Shown: positions 1 to 6,807 of the stretch, piece by piece
Layout of the letters: each line of letters begins with the position of its first letter
Numbering within the stretch: position 1 is the first letter of the stretch
NCBI RefSeq assembly: GCF_002945325.1
Contig: NZ_CP026606.1
Coordinates: 570,001-602,000, forward strand
DNA from: Methanococcus maripaludis
GTDB lineage: Archaea; AGJL01; Methanococci; Methanococcales; Methanococcaceae
Direction: 5' to 3'
DNA length: 32,000 bases
The notes under the pieces: model-generated
Databases searched by the model: none
What the model was told of the DNA's origin: nothing
What the model saw: only the letters and a program-made list of their open reading frames with translations
Position numbers and translations under genes: made by a program

Positions 1-672
1 AGTTATGTTTGCACCATCAATTGGTGTTGAAATTGTAACTGCCGGTGCTGTTGTATCAACAGTCATCATAAATCCGGATAAATTTGTAGCCCATCCGTGA
101 GCGTCTGTTGCTTCAATAGTTACTGAATGATCTCCTTCAACCAATTCATTCAATGTTACATTAGTTGGAGTGTTATTAATTACAGAACCATTGACATCTG
201 CAGATCCGTCAACGTAAATGGTGTAGTTTATATTTGAGGATACGTTGTCAATTAAATTAAGTTCAATTGTTGGAGTGGTATCATTTGTAAAATCTGGAAC
301 AAATGCATCCACAAATGGTGCAATTGTGTCAACTGTAAAAGTTACAGTTTGATTAGTTAACCCCTCTGAGTCATTTACAAATAAAGTAATGTTGTGAACT
401 CCATCACCAAGACCCACAGACACGGTTTGTGGCTCAGTTGAAGATTCTGTATCGCAAGTAAGCCCGGGTATTTCACCGGTTACATCTACAAAAAATGTAT
501 AATTCCACGATCCTGCTACATCAATTGTTGAATTGAATGTAAACGTAATAGGATCCGTAGTAACTAGTTCTCCTTCGCCTGGCGAAATAATATTTGCTGC
601 CGCATAACTTGTCGAAAGAGAACAGCAAAGTATCGCCAGAACTAGAACCATGAAAACCTTGTTCATTTTCAT
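1..672 (-). CDS. Secreted surface protein with Ig-like repeat modules (N-terminal 224 codons only; gene runs off the left edge)
   Basis: Absent from the ORF track because there is no in-window stop. My minus-strand translation from ATG 672 gives MKMNKVFMVLVLAILCCSLSTSYAAANIISPGEGELV... and stays open to position 1. It has a hydrophobic signal peptide with a SYA/AAN-type cleavage site. The motif TVDT[IT]AP occurs at residues 113 and 204 (91 aa apart), each preceded by G-x-H-x-[IV]-T...D-like strands typical of Ig-like surface modules. There are 13 N-x-S/T sequons in 224 aa. Confidence 0.75.
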   Translation of the reverse strand, partial: MKMNKVFMVLVLAILCCSLSTSYAAANIISPGEGELVTTDPITFTFNSTIDVAGSWNYTFFVDVTGEIPGLTCDTESSTEPQTVSVGLGDGVHNITLFVNDSEGLTNQTVTFTVDTIAPFVDAFVPDFTNDTTPTIELNLIDNVSSNINYTIYVDGSADVNGSVINNTPTNVTLNELVEGDHSVTIEATDAHGWATNLSGFMMTVDTTAPAVTISTPIDGANIT

Positions 673-817
673 AATTTTTCCCCGATTTTTTTAGTTAATA
701 ACTTTGTTAGAAATAAAAATACTACTAAGAATATTAGATTTAGTAATATCACCTGAAGGGTTTACTGTTATGTATGTACATTTAAAATATAGGATAATTT
801 ATTTTTATAAATTACGA

Positions 818-833
818 TTATGATGCATCATAA
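818..833. promoter_or_regulatory. Perfect 16-bp palindrome TTATGATGCATCATAA upstream of the surface-protein gene (possible operator)
   Basis: The palindrome was read directly. It lies about 150 bp upstream of ATG 672, in the 251-bp gap between the nitroreductase stop and the surface-protein start. No binding factor can be inferred. Confidence 0.2.
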
Positions 834-856
834 TATTATAATGGGCCATGGAAAAT

Positions 857-900
857 TAATTTAAAAAAAGAAAATTTTTAAAAAAGTTTTATTTTGATAA
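857..900 (-). terminator. Oligo-T terminator region after the LUD/nitroreductase pair
   Basis: The minus strand reads AAAACTTTTTTAAAAATTTTCTTTTTTTAAATT just after the stop at 924. Archaeal RNA polymerase terminates at oligo-T tracts. Confidence 0.35.
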
Positions 901-923
901 AATCAGCATTAAAAAAGAAAATA

Positions 924-1493
924 TTATTTTATGTAGTTTACAACGTCTTTTTTTCGTTCAGGCGCCGGTTTTGCTTTTTCTATCAATTTGTAACCGAATG
1001 CAACCCCGTAGAATGGTTCAAAGTTTTCTGGAATATTTAATTTCTTAACATTTTCAGTTGTAAAATAAGGCCTTACAAGTCCAAGCCAGACTGAACCGAT
1101 ATTCATGCTTTCTGCTGCCAAGAGCATGTTCTGAATTGCCGCAGAACAGTCAACAATCGCTGCATGTGCGTTTTTATTTCCAGAAACTACAATTAAAGTT
1201 GGAGCTTCGTAAAGTATATTATATTTCGGATTACTCATTGCATTTATCAGACTTTCAGGCAGATTTTTCATTGAATCCGGATTTTCTGCAAGCGTTTTTT
1301 TAGATACGATATTTATTTCGTCGAGCAATTCCTTGTTCTGAATTACTGTAAAGTGCCAGGGCTGTTCATTTAGTGCAGTTGGCGCATAAATTGCAGCTTC
1401 GAGTATTGCTTCAATTTCACTGTCCTTTAGTTGCTCTTTTTTGAACTTTCTGACACTTCTCCTGTTTTTTATTGTTTCCATAACTTGATTCAT
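924..1493 (-). CDS. Nitroreductase-family FMN oxidoreductase
   Basis: The ORF track gives 924..1517 with a TTG start. ETIKNRRSVRKF near the N-terminus and the roughly 190-aa size fit the nitroreductase fold. I place the start at ATG 1493: GGTGA lies 4 nt upstream, and the ATG is 13 nt after the upstream gene's stop. Confidence 0.85.
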   Translation of the reverse strand: MNQVMETIKNRRSVRKFKKEQLKDSEIEAILEAAIYAPTALNEQPWHFTVIQNKELLDEINIVSKKTLAENPDSMKNLPESLINAMSNPKYNILYEAPTLIVVSGNKNAHAAIVDCSAAIQNMLLAAESMNIGSVWLGLVRPYFTTENVKKLNIPENFEPFYGVAFGYKLIEKAKPAPERKKDVVNYIK

Positions 1494-1506
1494 GCTTTCA
1501 CCAAAT

Positions 1507-2202
1507 TTAAAATCCAAGACTCTTTCCTACAACAAGCACAGTCATATCTGTAAGCATTGGTCTTCTTTTAATTACTGAATAAATCCTGCAAGCTCTTGTT
1601 TCTGCATCGCAGTTTACACAATAGCCTGTTTTTATGCACGGGTTTAAAAATCCCAATCTTTTCATGTTTTTTGGAGCTGCTTCCATTCTGATTCTTTCAA
1701 ATGCAGTTTCAACATCTTTACATAATTTATTTAATCCAACAACAATTATTACTTTTTTCGGACCAAACACAATCGCAGAAACCCGATTTCCAACCCCATC
1801 GATATTTACAAGTTCCCCTGAAGCAGTAATTGCATTTGTACTTGAAATAAATATATCAGACGTTAATTGCTGTCTCATGATATCCATTTTTTCTTCCTGC
1901 GTAAGGCTCGCATCATTGTGGTCCAAAATTACCGCACCTTTTTCCCTTGCTTGCTCTGCAATATTTAATGATTGTACTGTAACTGAACCTCCAAAACCAA
2001 TTTTAGTTCCCGTTCCAACGTAATTCATAATATATTTAGAAACTTCGCTTTCATCTTCAAAATAATACGCATCAAAAAGGTTTTTCTTTAAATTTTCTAC
2101 GAGTTTTTTGCCGGTAAGGTCGTTGTGCCACTTGTGAACTTCTTGCATTTTTTCCACCTGCCCTTCAAGCGTTTCTTGATTAAATCTTTTAAAAAAAGTC
2201 AT
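1507..2202 (-). CDS. LUD-domain (YkgG/LutC-like, DUF162) protein with a C-terminal Cys cluster
   Basis: A 231-aa ORF. The central GFGGS...TNAITASGELVNIDGVGNRV...GPKKVIIVVGLNK pattern matches LUD-domain proteins as I remember them. The C-terminal motif is CIKTGYCVNCDAETRAC. There is no SD before ATG 2202. Confidence 0.7.
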   Translation of the reverse strand: MTFFKRFNQETLEGQVEKMQEVHKWHNDLTGKKLVENLKKNLFDAYYFEDESEVSKYIMNYVGTGTKIGFGGSVTVQSLNIAEQAREKGAVILDHNDASLTQEEKMDIMRQQLTSDIFISSTNAITASGELVNIDGVGNRVSAIVFGPKKVIIVVGLNKLCKDVETAFERIRMEAAPKNMKRLGFLNPCIKTGYCVNCDAETRACRIYSVIKRRPMLTDMTVLVVGKSLGF

Positions 2203-2243
2203 GTAAATAATCTATGTTTATAAAAATTAGAATTTAAAAGACA

Positions 2244-2324
2244 TTATTTGTTCGTGATAAATTTCAAAAGTCCGAGTAAAACAATTATCGTTAAAGCGAT
2301 AACAAATATTCCTTCGAGTCCCAT
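2244..2324 (-). CDS. Possible 26-aa hydrophobic micropeptide (MGLEGIFVIALTIIVLLGLLKFITNK)
   Basis: Below the ORF-track size cutoff. ATG 2324 is preceded by GGTG 6 nt upstream. The peptide has a single TM-like hydrophobic core. Its stop lies 41 nt upstream of the LUD gene start on the same strand. There is no homology evidence. Confidence 0.25.
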   Translation of the reverse strand: MGLEGIFVIALTIIVLLGLLKFITNK

Positions 2325-2369
2325 TTTTAACACCGTATCTGGTTTGTTAAATGTTATGGGTCGATTTAC

Positions 2370-2396
2370 TATTTAAAATTTAAAAAAGAAAAACCG
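2370..2396. repeat. Repeat copy A: TATTTAAAATTTAAAAAAGAAAAACCG
   Basis: Matches the right part of copy C (4274-4300, TATTAAAATTTAAAAAAGAAAAGACCG) except for one extra T and one missing G. Confidence 0.6.
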
Positions 2397-2558
2397 AGTT
2401 ATTTTAAAATTTTAAATACATCTTTAGCTTTTTTTACGCCTTAGTCTTTTAAAACGATTGGAAAAAGTGAATTATATTTTATTTCTTTTAAAGGCATTAA
2501 GAAATAATGTTAAAATTAAATAACTGTTAATTTAAATTTAGGGTGAATGGTGATAAAA

Positions 2559-2774
2559 ATGAAATTATTTTGTTTTGAATCTACAAGAGTTAAACAGTAT
2601 CTTAATTTAGAAAAAATTCAGGCAATTAAATTACATCCTGAAAATGATAATTTTACATTAAGAGTTTATTCAGACTCCGAAGTAATTACCTATACTTTAA
2701 CATATGAGGAATATATAAAATTTGTAACTGATTTAGAAAAGATTGATGGCCTCAAAGGTTCTAAAAGTTCTTAA
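2559..2774 (+). CDS. Hypothetical small protein (71 aa), no recognisable family
   Basis: The ORF track gives 2547..2774. GGTGAT at 2549-2554 sits 4 nt before ATG 2559, whereas ATG 2547 abuts GGGTGA with no spacer. T7 and TTCTTTTTT tracts follow the stop. Confidence 0.5.
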   Translation: MKLFCFESTRVKQYLNLEKIQAIKLHPENDNFTLRVYSDSEVITYTLTYEEYIKFVTDLEKIDGLKGSKSS

Positions 2775-2834
2775 AATAGTTTTTTTAAATAATCATAAAA
2801 GACTAAATATTCTTTTTTCACTTTTCGATCAAAT

Positions 2835-2868
2835 TTAAGATGAAAATGGTTATTAAAATTTAAAAAAA
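2835..2868. repeat. Repeat copy B: TTAAGATGAAAATGGTTATTAAAATTTAAAAAAA
   Basis: Matches the left part of copy C (4259-4290) except for one-A length differences in two A runs. It lies 39-72 nt upstream of the 434-aa ORF start and contains the TATA-like ATTAAAATTTAAA. Confidence 0.65.
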
Positions 2869-2906
2869 GGAAGTTTTAATATTTAAGTTGGGGGTAATTA
2901 TTTTAA

Positions 2907-4211
2907 TTGAATTTTTATCGAGGGGAATTTTTGGGAAAATTTAAAGATTATTTAAAGAAAAATGATGAAAAAATATTTTCAATTTTAGAAAAAATACTTT
3001 CTTTTAGGTTTACGCTTAAATTTTTATTATTGCCGTTCATACTTACTGTAATCTTAAATTATTTTGAGATTATTCCTAAAGATATTGTTTTTTATATTTA
3101 TTGGGGGCTATTGGCAGTTTTAGGATTTTACTTTTCCATATTTTTAATATACTTTACATTAATTGCAATAATGCCAAAACACTTGTTTAACCAAGATGTT
3201 AGTGAAGGCGACGTTGTATTGCTCATAATATCGATTATCGTATTAATTTCAGTTATGAAAGTTTTTGCACCAAATACTATAACAACCCAATTTATTGATT
3301 ATTTTATTGATGGAGCTTCAGGGATTGGAACTTTTTTAGTAGCAATTATTGCGGTTTTAGGCCTAAAACAAGGTAAAAATCAATTGATTGAATTGGAAAA
3401 ACAAAGAAAGGCACAGTATAAACCCGAATTACTTGCTAAAGATAGATTAAACATTTATTTTCATAATTTTGAGAAAGTTATAGAAAAATATCCTGCATTT
3501 AATAACAGTTTTGTTAAAGATCACTTAGGGGTTTGGTCTACATCTTACAAAGAACCTGAATACTATGAAAAAATGATTTCGGAATTTTTATCAAAAGTTA
3601 AAAAAAATAACAATGTTGCTGACCCATTTGAATTAGAAAAAGTTGAAATTAATATTGAAGATGAAGTATATGTTGAAGTTTATAATATTGGAAAAGGATT
3701 TGCAAAGAATATTGAGTATACTTGGGAAATTGAACATTCAAAACTATTTGAAAATTTTTACAAAAAGTATGAAAATGATCCTTTAATTTATAAAATCGAA
3801 AATGAATTTGATCATTCTTATTATTTCGGAGGAACCCCCGATATTTCACTTGCAAGTAATAATAAAATCCGAATAGACACCTACAATTTAGTAACCCCTT
3901 ATGAATCTTCAAAAGAAGTTTTAAAAATTCCGTTACCTTGGAATTTACTTAAAATTATGGGGTTATGTTCAAAAAAAGGCGGATTTTCAGATTTAACAAC
4001 TTTTCCATTGAAATTACATCTTAATTATCAAGATATTGATGGAAACCCTTATCCCAAAACATATGAAATGAGGGCTTACCGCATTGAACCGGGTAGATAT
4101 TCCCATTACCCCAAATTATTATTTACTGATAATAATGATTTTATGGCTTATGAATTTAGAATTTATGAAATAAAAGAAGAAACCAAAGAAACTACTGAAA
4201 CCGCAAAATAA
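2907..4211 (+). CDS. Hypothetical polytopic membrane protein with a roughly 270-aa C-terminal soluble domain of unknown family
   Basis: A 434-aa ORF with TTG start 2907 (GGGGGT 11 nt upstream). An alternative in-frame TTG at 2931 has GAGG 6 nt upstream. There are four to five hydrophobic helices between residues about 36 and 155, followed by the charged linker KQGKNQLIELEKQRKAQYKPE and a beta-rich region (VEVYNIGKGFAKNIEYTW). I recognised no catalytic motif. Confidence 0.65.
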   Translation: MNFYRGEFLGKFKDYLKKNDEKIFSILEKILSFRFTLKFLLLPFILTVILNYFEIIPKDIVFYIYWGLLAVLGFYFSIFLIYFTLIAIMPKHLFNQDVSEGDVVLLIISIIVLISVMKVFAPNTITTQFIDYFIDGASGIGTFLVAIIAVLGLKQGKNQLIELEKQRKAQYKPELLAKDRLNIYFHNFEKVIEKYPAFNNSFVKDHLGVWSTSYKEPEYYEKMISEFLSKVKKNNNVADPFELEKVEINIEDEVYVEVYNIGKGFAKNIEYTWEIEHSKLFENFYKKYENDPLIYKIENEFDHSYYFGGTPDISLASNNKIRIDTYNLVTPYESSKEVLKIPLPWNLLKIMGLCSKKGGFSDLTTFPLKLHLNYQDIDGNPYPKTYEMRAYRIEPGRYSHYPKLLFTDNNDFMAYEFRIYEIKEETKETTETAK

Positions 4212-4213
4212 AC

Positions 4214-4230
4214 CTTTCTTTCTTTTTTTC
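4214..4230 (+). terminator. Oligo-T tract after the 434-aa gene
   Basis: CTTTCTTTCTTTTTTTC lies immediately after stop 4209-4211. Confidence 0.4.
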
Positions 4231-4258
4231 AACTAAATTTAAAAAGATTAATTTAAAA

Positions 4259-4300
4259 TTAAGATGAAATGGTTATTAAAATTTAAAAAAGAAAAGACCG
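4259..4300. repeat. Repeat copy C (composite of B-like left half and A-like right half); on the minus strand also the oligo-T tract after the marker-17-like gene
   Basis: The sequence is TTAAGATGAAATGGTTATTAAAATTTAAAAAAGAAAAGACCG. Its reverse complement contains GGTCTTTTCTTTTTTAAATTTTAAT, 52-93 nt downstream of the minus-strand stop at 4352. Confidence 0.65.
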
Positions 4301-4351
4301 CTTGAAAAAGTTTGTTTTAAATGTTTGAGAATAAAAAAATTTTAAAACAGT

Positions 4352-4804
4352 TTAGAGATATACGTAAAATTCCCTTTCGAGAATTACTATTTTTTCGCCT
4401 TCTCCTTCAGGCTTTTCCATTAATACTTCAAACCTTTCTCTTCCAGATACGTCCTGAACTGCAAATCCAAGTACGTACTGCAATTCATCGTCTTCGGTGA
4501 ATATTTTAACGTCCGTTTTGAACCGTCTTGCAAGCCTTGAAATTTCCCTTAAAGCAAGTTTTAGTTCAGTAAATAAAAAGATGTAGTCTTTTACGTAGTC
4601 AATCTGCTCTTGTGTACCTTTAATTATTGGATATTCTTTGTCCATCATTTCGTCTTTTTTTATTTCGTATCCAATATCGCAGACGCATGTAAGCCTTCCA
4701 ATAACTGATTGTGGAAGTCCGGGAGGTAGTGGAACCTCGATTATCTGTTCTGACTCTTCGTTTTCGATTTCAGTTTCGTTTTCAATAGTTCTGTCAATTT
4801 CCAT
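4352..4804 (-). CDS. Methanogenesis marker protein 17-like (tentative)
   Basis: A 150-aa acidic ORF, 31 nt downstream of the marker-7-like gene on the same strand. The family call rests on my memory of the marker-7/marker-17 gene pairing in methanogens, not on a verified motif. Confidence 0.4.
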   Translation of the reverse strand: MEIDRTIENETEIENEESEQIIEVPLPPGLPQSVIGRLTCVCDIGYEIKKDEMMDKEYPIIKGTQEQIDYVKDYIFLFTELKLALREISRLARRFKTDVKIFTEDDELQYVLGFAVQDVSGRERFEVLMEKPEGEGEKIVILEREFYVYL

Positions 4805-4835
4805 ATTTTTTCCCTATTTTCTTGATGATTTTAAA

Positions 4836-5750
4836 TTAAGCTTTATTTTCATCCGTTTTAAGTTCTGATGTTGATTTTAACTTGATCAGAATGTAATTTT
4901 TCATCTCAGACCTTGTAACATATGCAATATCTTTTAAAAGATACTTACCGATTTTAACATTTTCGATTTCTTCGTGGTTTCTATCATAATCCATTTTAAT
5001 TCTCAAACCATCCAACTGCGTCACGATTGGCATCGGTGCAAGAATTCCACGAACTTCATCTATTCTTTTTTCGATTTCATCTTTTAAAACTACGGGTGGA
5101 ATAATTGGAGGGTCGTATGAAAGTTCCATTCTTTTATCGTTTATTTTTTTGGTAACTTCATCAATCATCTGTCGTAATGCCCTTATTTCTTCCCCTTTTC
5201 TAAGTCTCTGCGCTCGCCTTCCAAGGTTTCCAACATAAGTGTATGGTATATCGAGAGTTTCAGGGCCACCCGTTACAACAAGCGGAATATCGACTTTAAA
5301 AAGGTGGGTTTTATCTAAAATGCAGGATTCAAAGTTTCCCATAACATAAATTGCGATGTCGTGTTCTTGAATCAGTCTTTTTTCCTTTTCTCGAATCTCA
5401 CTGATGTTTTTTCCAGCGCCGTGTGCAAGTCCAATCATATTTGGTTTTGCACCGAATTTTCTTACATATTCTGAAACATCGCATGCAATGTGGGGCAGGT
5501 GGTGTCTTGAAAGGCTTGGGGATACAATTGCAATCTCAATTCCTGCAAGAGGGGTTTCTACTATTTTTCCTTTGTATTTTTTTGCTTCTTCCTTAAAGTT
5601 TTCAATTTCATTTTGGGGAATTGCAATTGTCATGTAGACATCGAGCTGCATTACGTGCTCTTGAATTATAAATCCACCAACGTCTTCAATCCATTCCTTC
5701 AAAATATTATTTTTGTAGACTCCCCCTTCATATCTAATAATCTGGTACAT
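4836..5750 (-). CDS. Methanogenesis marker protein 7-like
   Basis: The ORF track gives 4836..5759 with a GTG start. ATG 5750 has AAGGTGG 5 nt upstream and gives MYQIIRYEGGVYK..., an N-terminus I associate with marker 7, a reported component of the MCR activation complex. Size is 304 aa. Confidence 0.55.
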   Translation of the reverse strand: MYQIIRYEGGVYKNNILKEWIEDVGGFIIQEHVMQLDVYMTIAIPQNEIENFKEEAKKYKGKIVETPLAGIEIAIVSPSLSRHHLPHIACDVSEYVRKFGAKPNMIGLAHGAGKNISEIREKEKRLIQEHDIAIYVMGNFESCILDKTHLFKVDIPLVVTGGPETLDIPYTYVGNLGRRAQRLRKGEEIRALRQMIDEVTKKINDKRMELSYDPPIIPPVVLKDEIEKRIDEVRGILAPMPIVTQLDGLRIKMDYDRNHEEIENVKIGKYLLKDIAYVTRSEMKNYILIKLKSTSELKTDENKA

Positions 5751-5767
5751 CTTTTCCACCTTAAAGG

Positions 5768-6733
5768 TTAGAAGTCAATCCTGACCGTAATAGTTCCAAA
5801 AGTCTTCATGCTCTTTTCAAACATGGTTACATCGGTAATTATCCTTTGAATTGCTGATTTTTCATCTACGAGGGTAATGTGATCAGTTATTATTACTTCT
5901 TCGAATTTAGGTTTTTCAATTAATTTCAATACTTCTTTTATAATATTTAATTCAAGAATGTTTATAAGTTTCGTGTCTATTGAAATGTGGTCAATTTTAC
6001 CATTCCTTTTCATTATCTTTGCAATTGGCTCCCATTCCCTGTCTGAAATTTCGATGAAGTCTTCTTTTTCACTGATAATGTAGCCTCTTGCACCCATTAA
6101 CACAATTATCTCTTCTGCAAGTTCTTCAACTTTTTTAGGATTGTCCCCGTAAAAGTAGATATTTGTAATGTGGCTGCATTTGTTTATTTTAGGCTCAGGG
6201 TTGTAAATTTCAGAGGTTCTTACAATATCTCCTTTGGTAACGATTCCTTTAAGTTTTCCATCATCGACAACCAATACTCTTCCAATATCGTACTCGACCA
6301 TTATTTTTTGAGCTTCCGAAGCTGAAGAATAGGGCGAAATTGAAACAATTTCATCTTTTTTTGTCATTATGTCTTTTATTTTTAATTTTTTTAACCTAGA
6401 CATTGATGATTTTTTTGTCCTTAAATCATCGAATGTAACAATTCCAACAAGTTCTTTGTTTGAATTAAATACGGGGTAGCCCATGTGCCGGTATTGTTTT
6501 ATAAGTTTCCCAAGTTCATCGATTGATTCTTCTTCATCAAGAACGACTAAATCTTTAGTCATTATGTCATTTATCACAATTTTATCAAGCACTTTTAAAT
6601 CGTAAAGTTTTACAAGGTCTCGTTCTGATTCTTTGATAAAGTTAGTTATGTAATTAAATACATAATTAATCGAATCGTGTTCCATTCCAATATTATATAC
6701 CCTTTCTATCGTTGAAAGCTTCCTAAATAACAT
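5768..6733 (-). CDS. CBS-domain pair protein with an uncharacterised C-terminal domain
   Basis: A 321-aa ORF. Two CBS motifs are present (INDIMTKDLVVL...GYPVFNSNKELVGIVTFDDL and IKDIMTKKDEIVSI...GRVLVVDDGKLKGIVTKGDIV), followed by about 130 aa of unknown fold. GGTGG sits 4 nt before ATG 6733. Confidence 0.8.
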   Translation of the reverse strand: MLFRKLSTIERVYNIGMEHDSINYVFNYITNFIKESERDLVKLYDLKVLDKIVINDIMTKDLVVLDEEESIDELGKLIKQYRHMGYPVFNSNKELVGIVTFDDLRTKKSSMSRLKKLKIKDIMTKKDEIVSISPYSSASEAQKIMVEYDIGRVLVVDDGKLKGIVTKGDIVRTSEIYNPEPKINKCSHITNIYFYGDNPKKVEELAEEIIVLMGARGYIISEKEDFIEISDREWEPIAKIMKRNGKIDHISIDTKLINILELNIIKEVLKLIEKPKFEEVIITDHITLVDEKSAIQRIITDVTMFEKSMKTFGTITVRIDF

Positions 6734-6782
6734 TAAACCACCGTGCCAATAACAGGATAATGATTAATCAAAATTACTAACT

Positions 6783-6807
6783 CATATATTATAAAACATA
6801 TAAAAAA
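6783..6807 (-). promoter_or_regulatory. TATA-box region for the CBS / marker-7 / marker-17 transcription unit
   Basis: The minus strand reads TTTTTTATATGTTTTATAATATATG, 50-75 nt upstream of ATG 6733. This fits the methanogen box A (TTTATATA-like) placement. Confidence 0.35.

Noticed and set aside
857-898. Apparent further copy of the island repeat (ATTTAAAAAAAGAAAA...AAAAAGTTTTATTTT) downstream of the nitroreductase gene
   Set aside because: The similarity is limited to the A-run/GAAAA part, which on the minus strand is a generic oligo-T terminator (TTTTCTTTTTT). The same kind of tract follows the PfkB gene at 8670-8694. It lacks the TTAAGATGAAATGGTTATT half, so I treat it as a terminator and not a repeat copy.
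1634-2023. 129-aa plus-strand ORF in the supplied track
   Set aside because: It lies entirely antisense within the well-supported LUD-domain gene. Its composition is low-complexity, and it has no SD and no recognisable motif.
2839-2865. Mini-ORFs inside the repeats (ATGAAAATGGTTATTAAAATTTAA = MKMVIKI in B; a 13-codon variant in C)
   Set aside because: The reading frames differ between copies because of the A-run indel, and there is no SD. The similarity to the MVIK start of ORF 2547 is explained by SD-like GGT(G/T)AT sequence rather than coding homology.
3649-3912. 87-aa minus-strand ORF inside the 434-aa gene
   Set aside because: It is antisense to a longer ORF in AT-rich DNA where stop-free antisense stretches are expected. 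It has no SD.
2370-4300. Possibility that repeat copies A, B and C form a CRISPR array
   Set aside because: There are only three copies with irregular spacing (about 465 and 1424 nt). The intervening DNA is protein-coding, the copies are partial or composite rather than full-length units, and no cas genes are present.
4321-4500. 59-aa plus-strand ORF downstream of repeat copy C (MFENKKILKQFRDIRK...), and the track ORF 4638..4868
   Set aside because: Both are antisense to the marker-17-like gene and have no SD. They are noted only because copy C might act as a promoter, and I do not call them coding.
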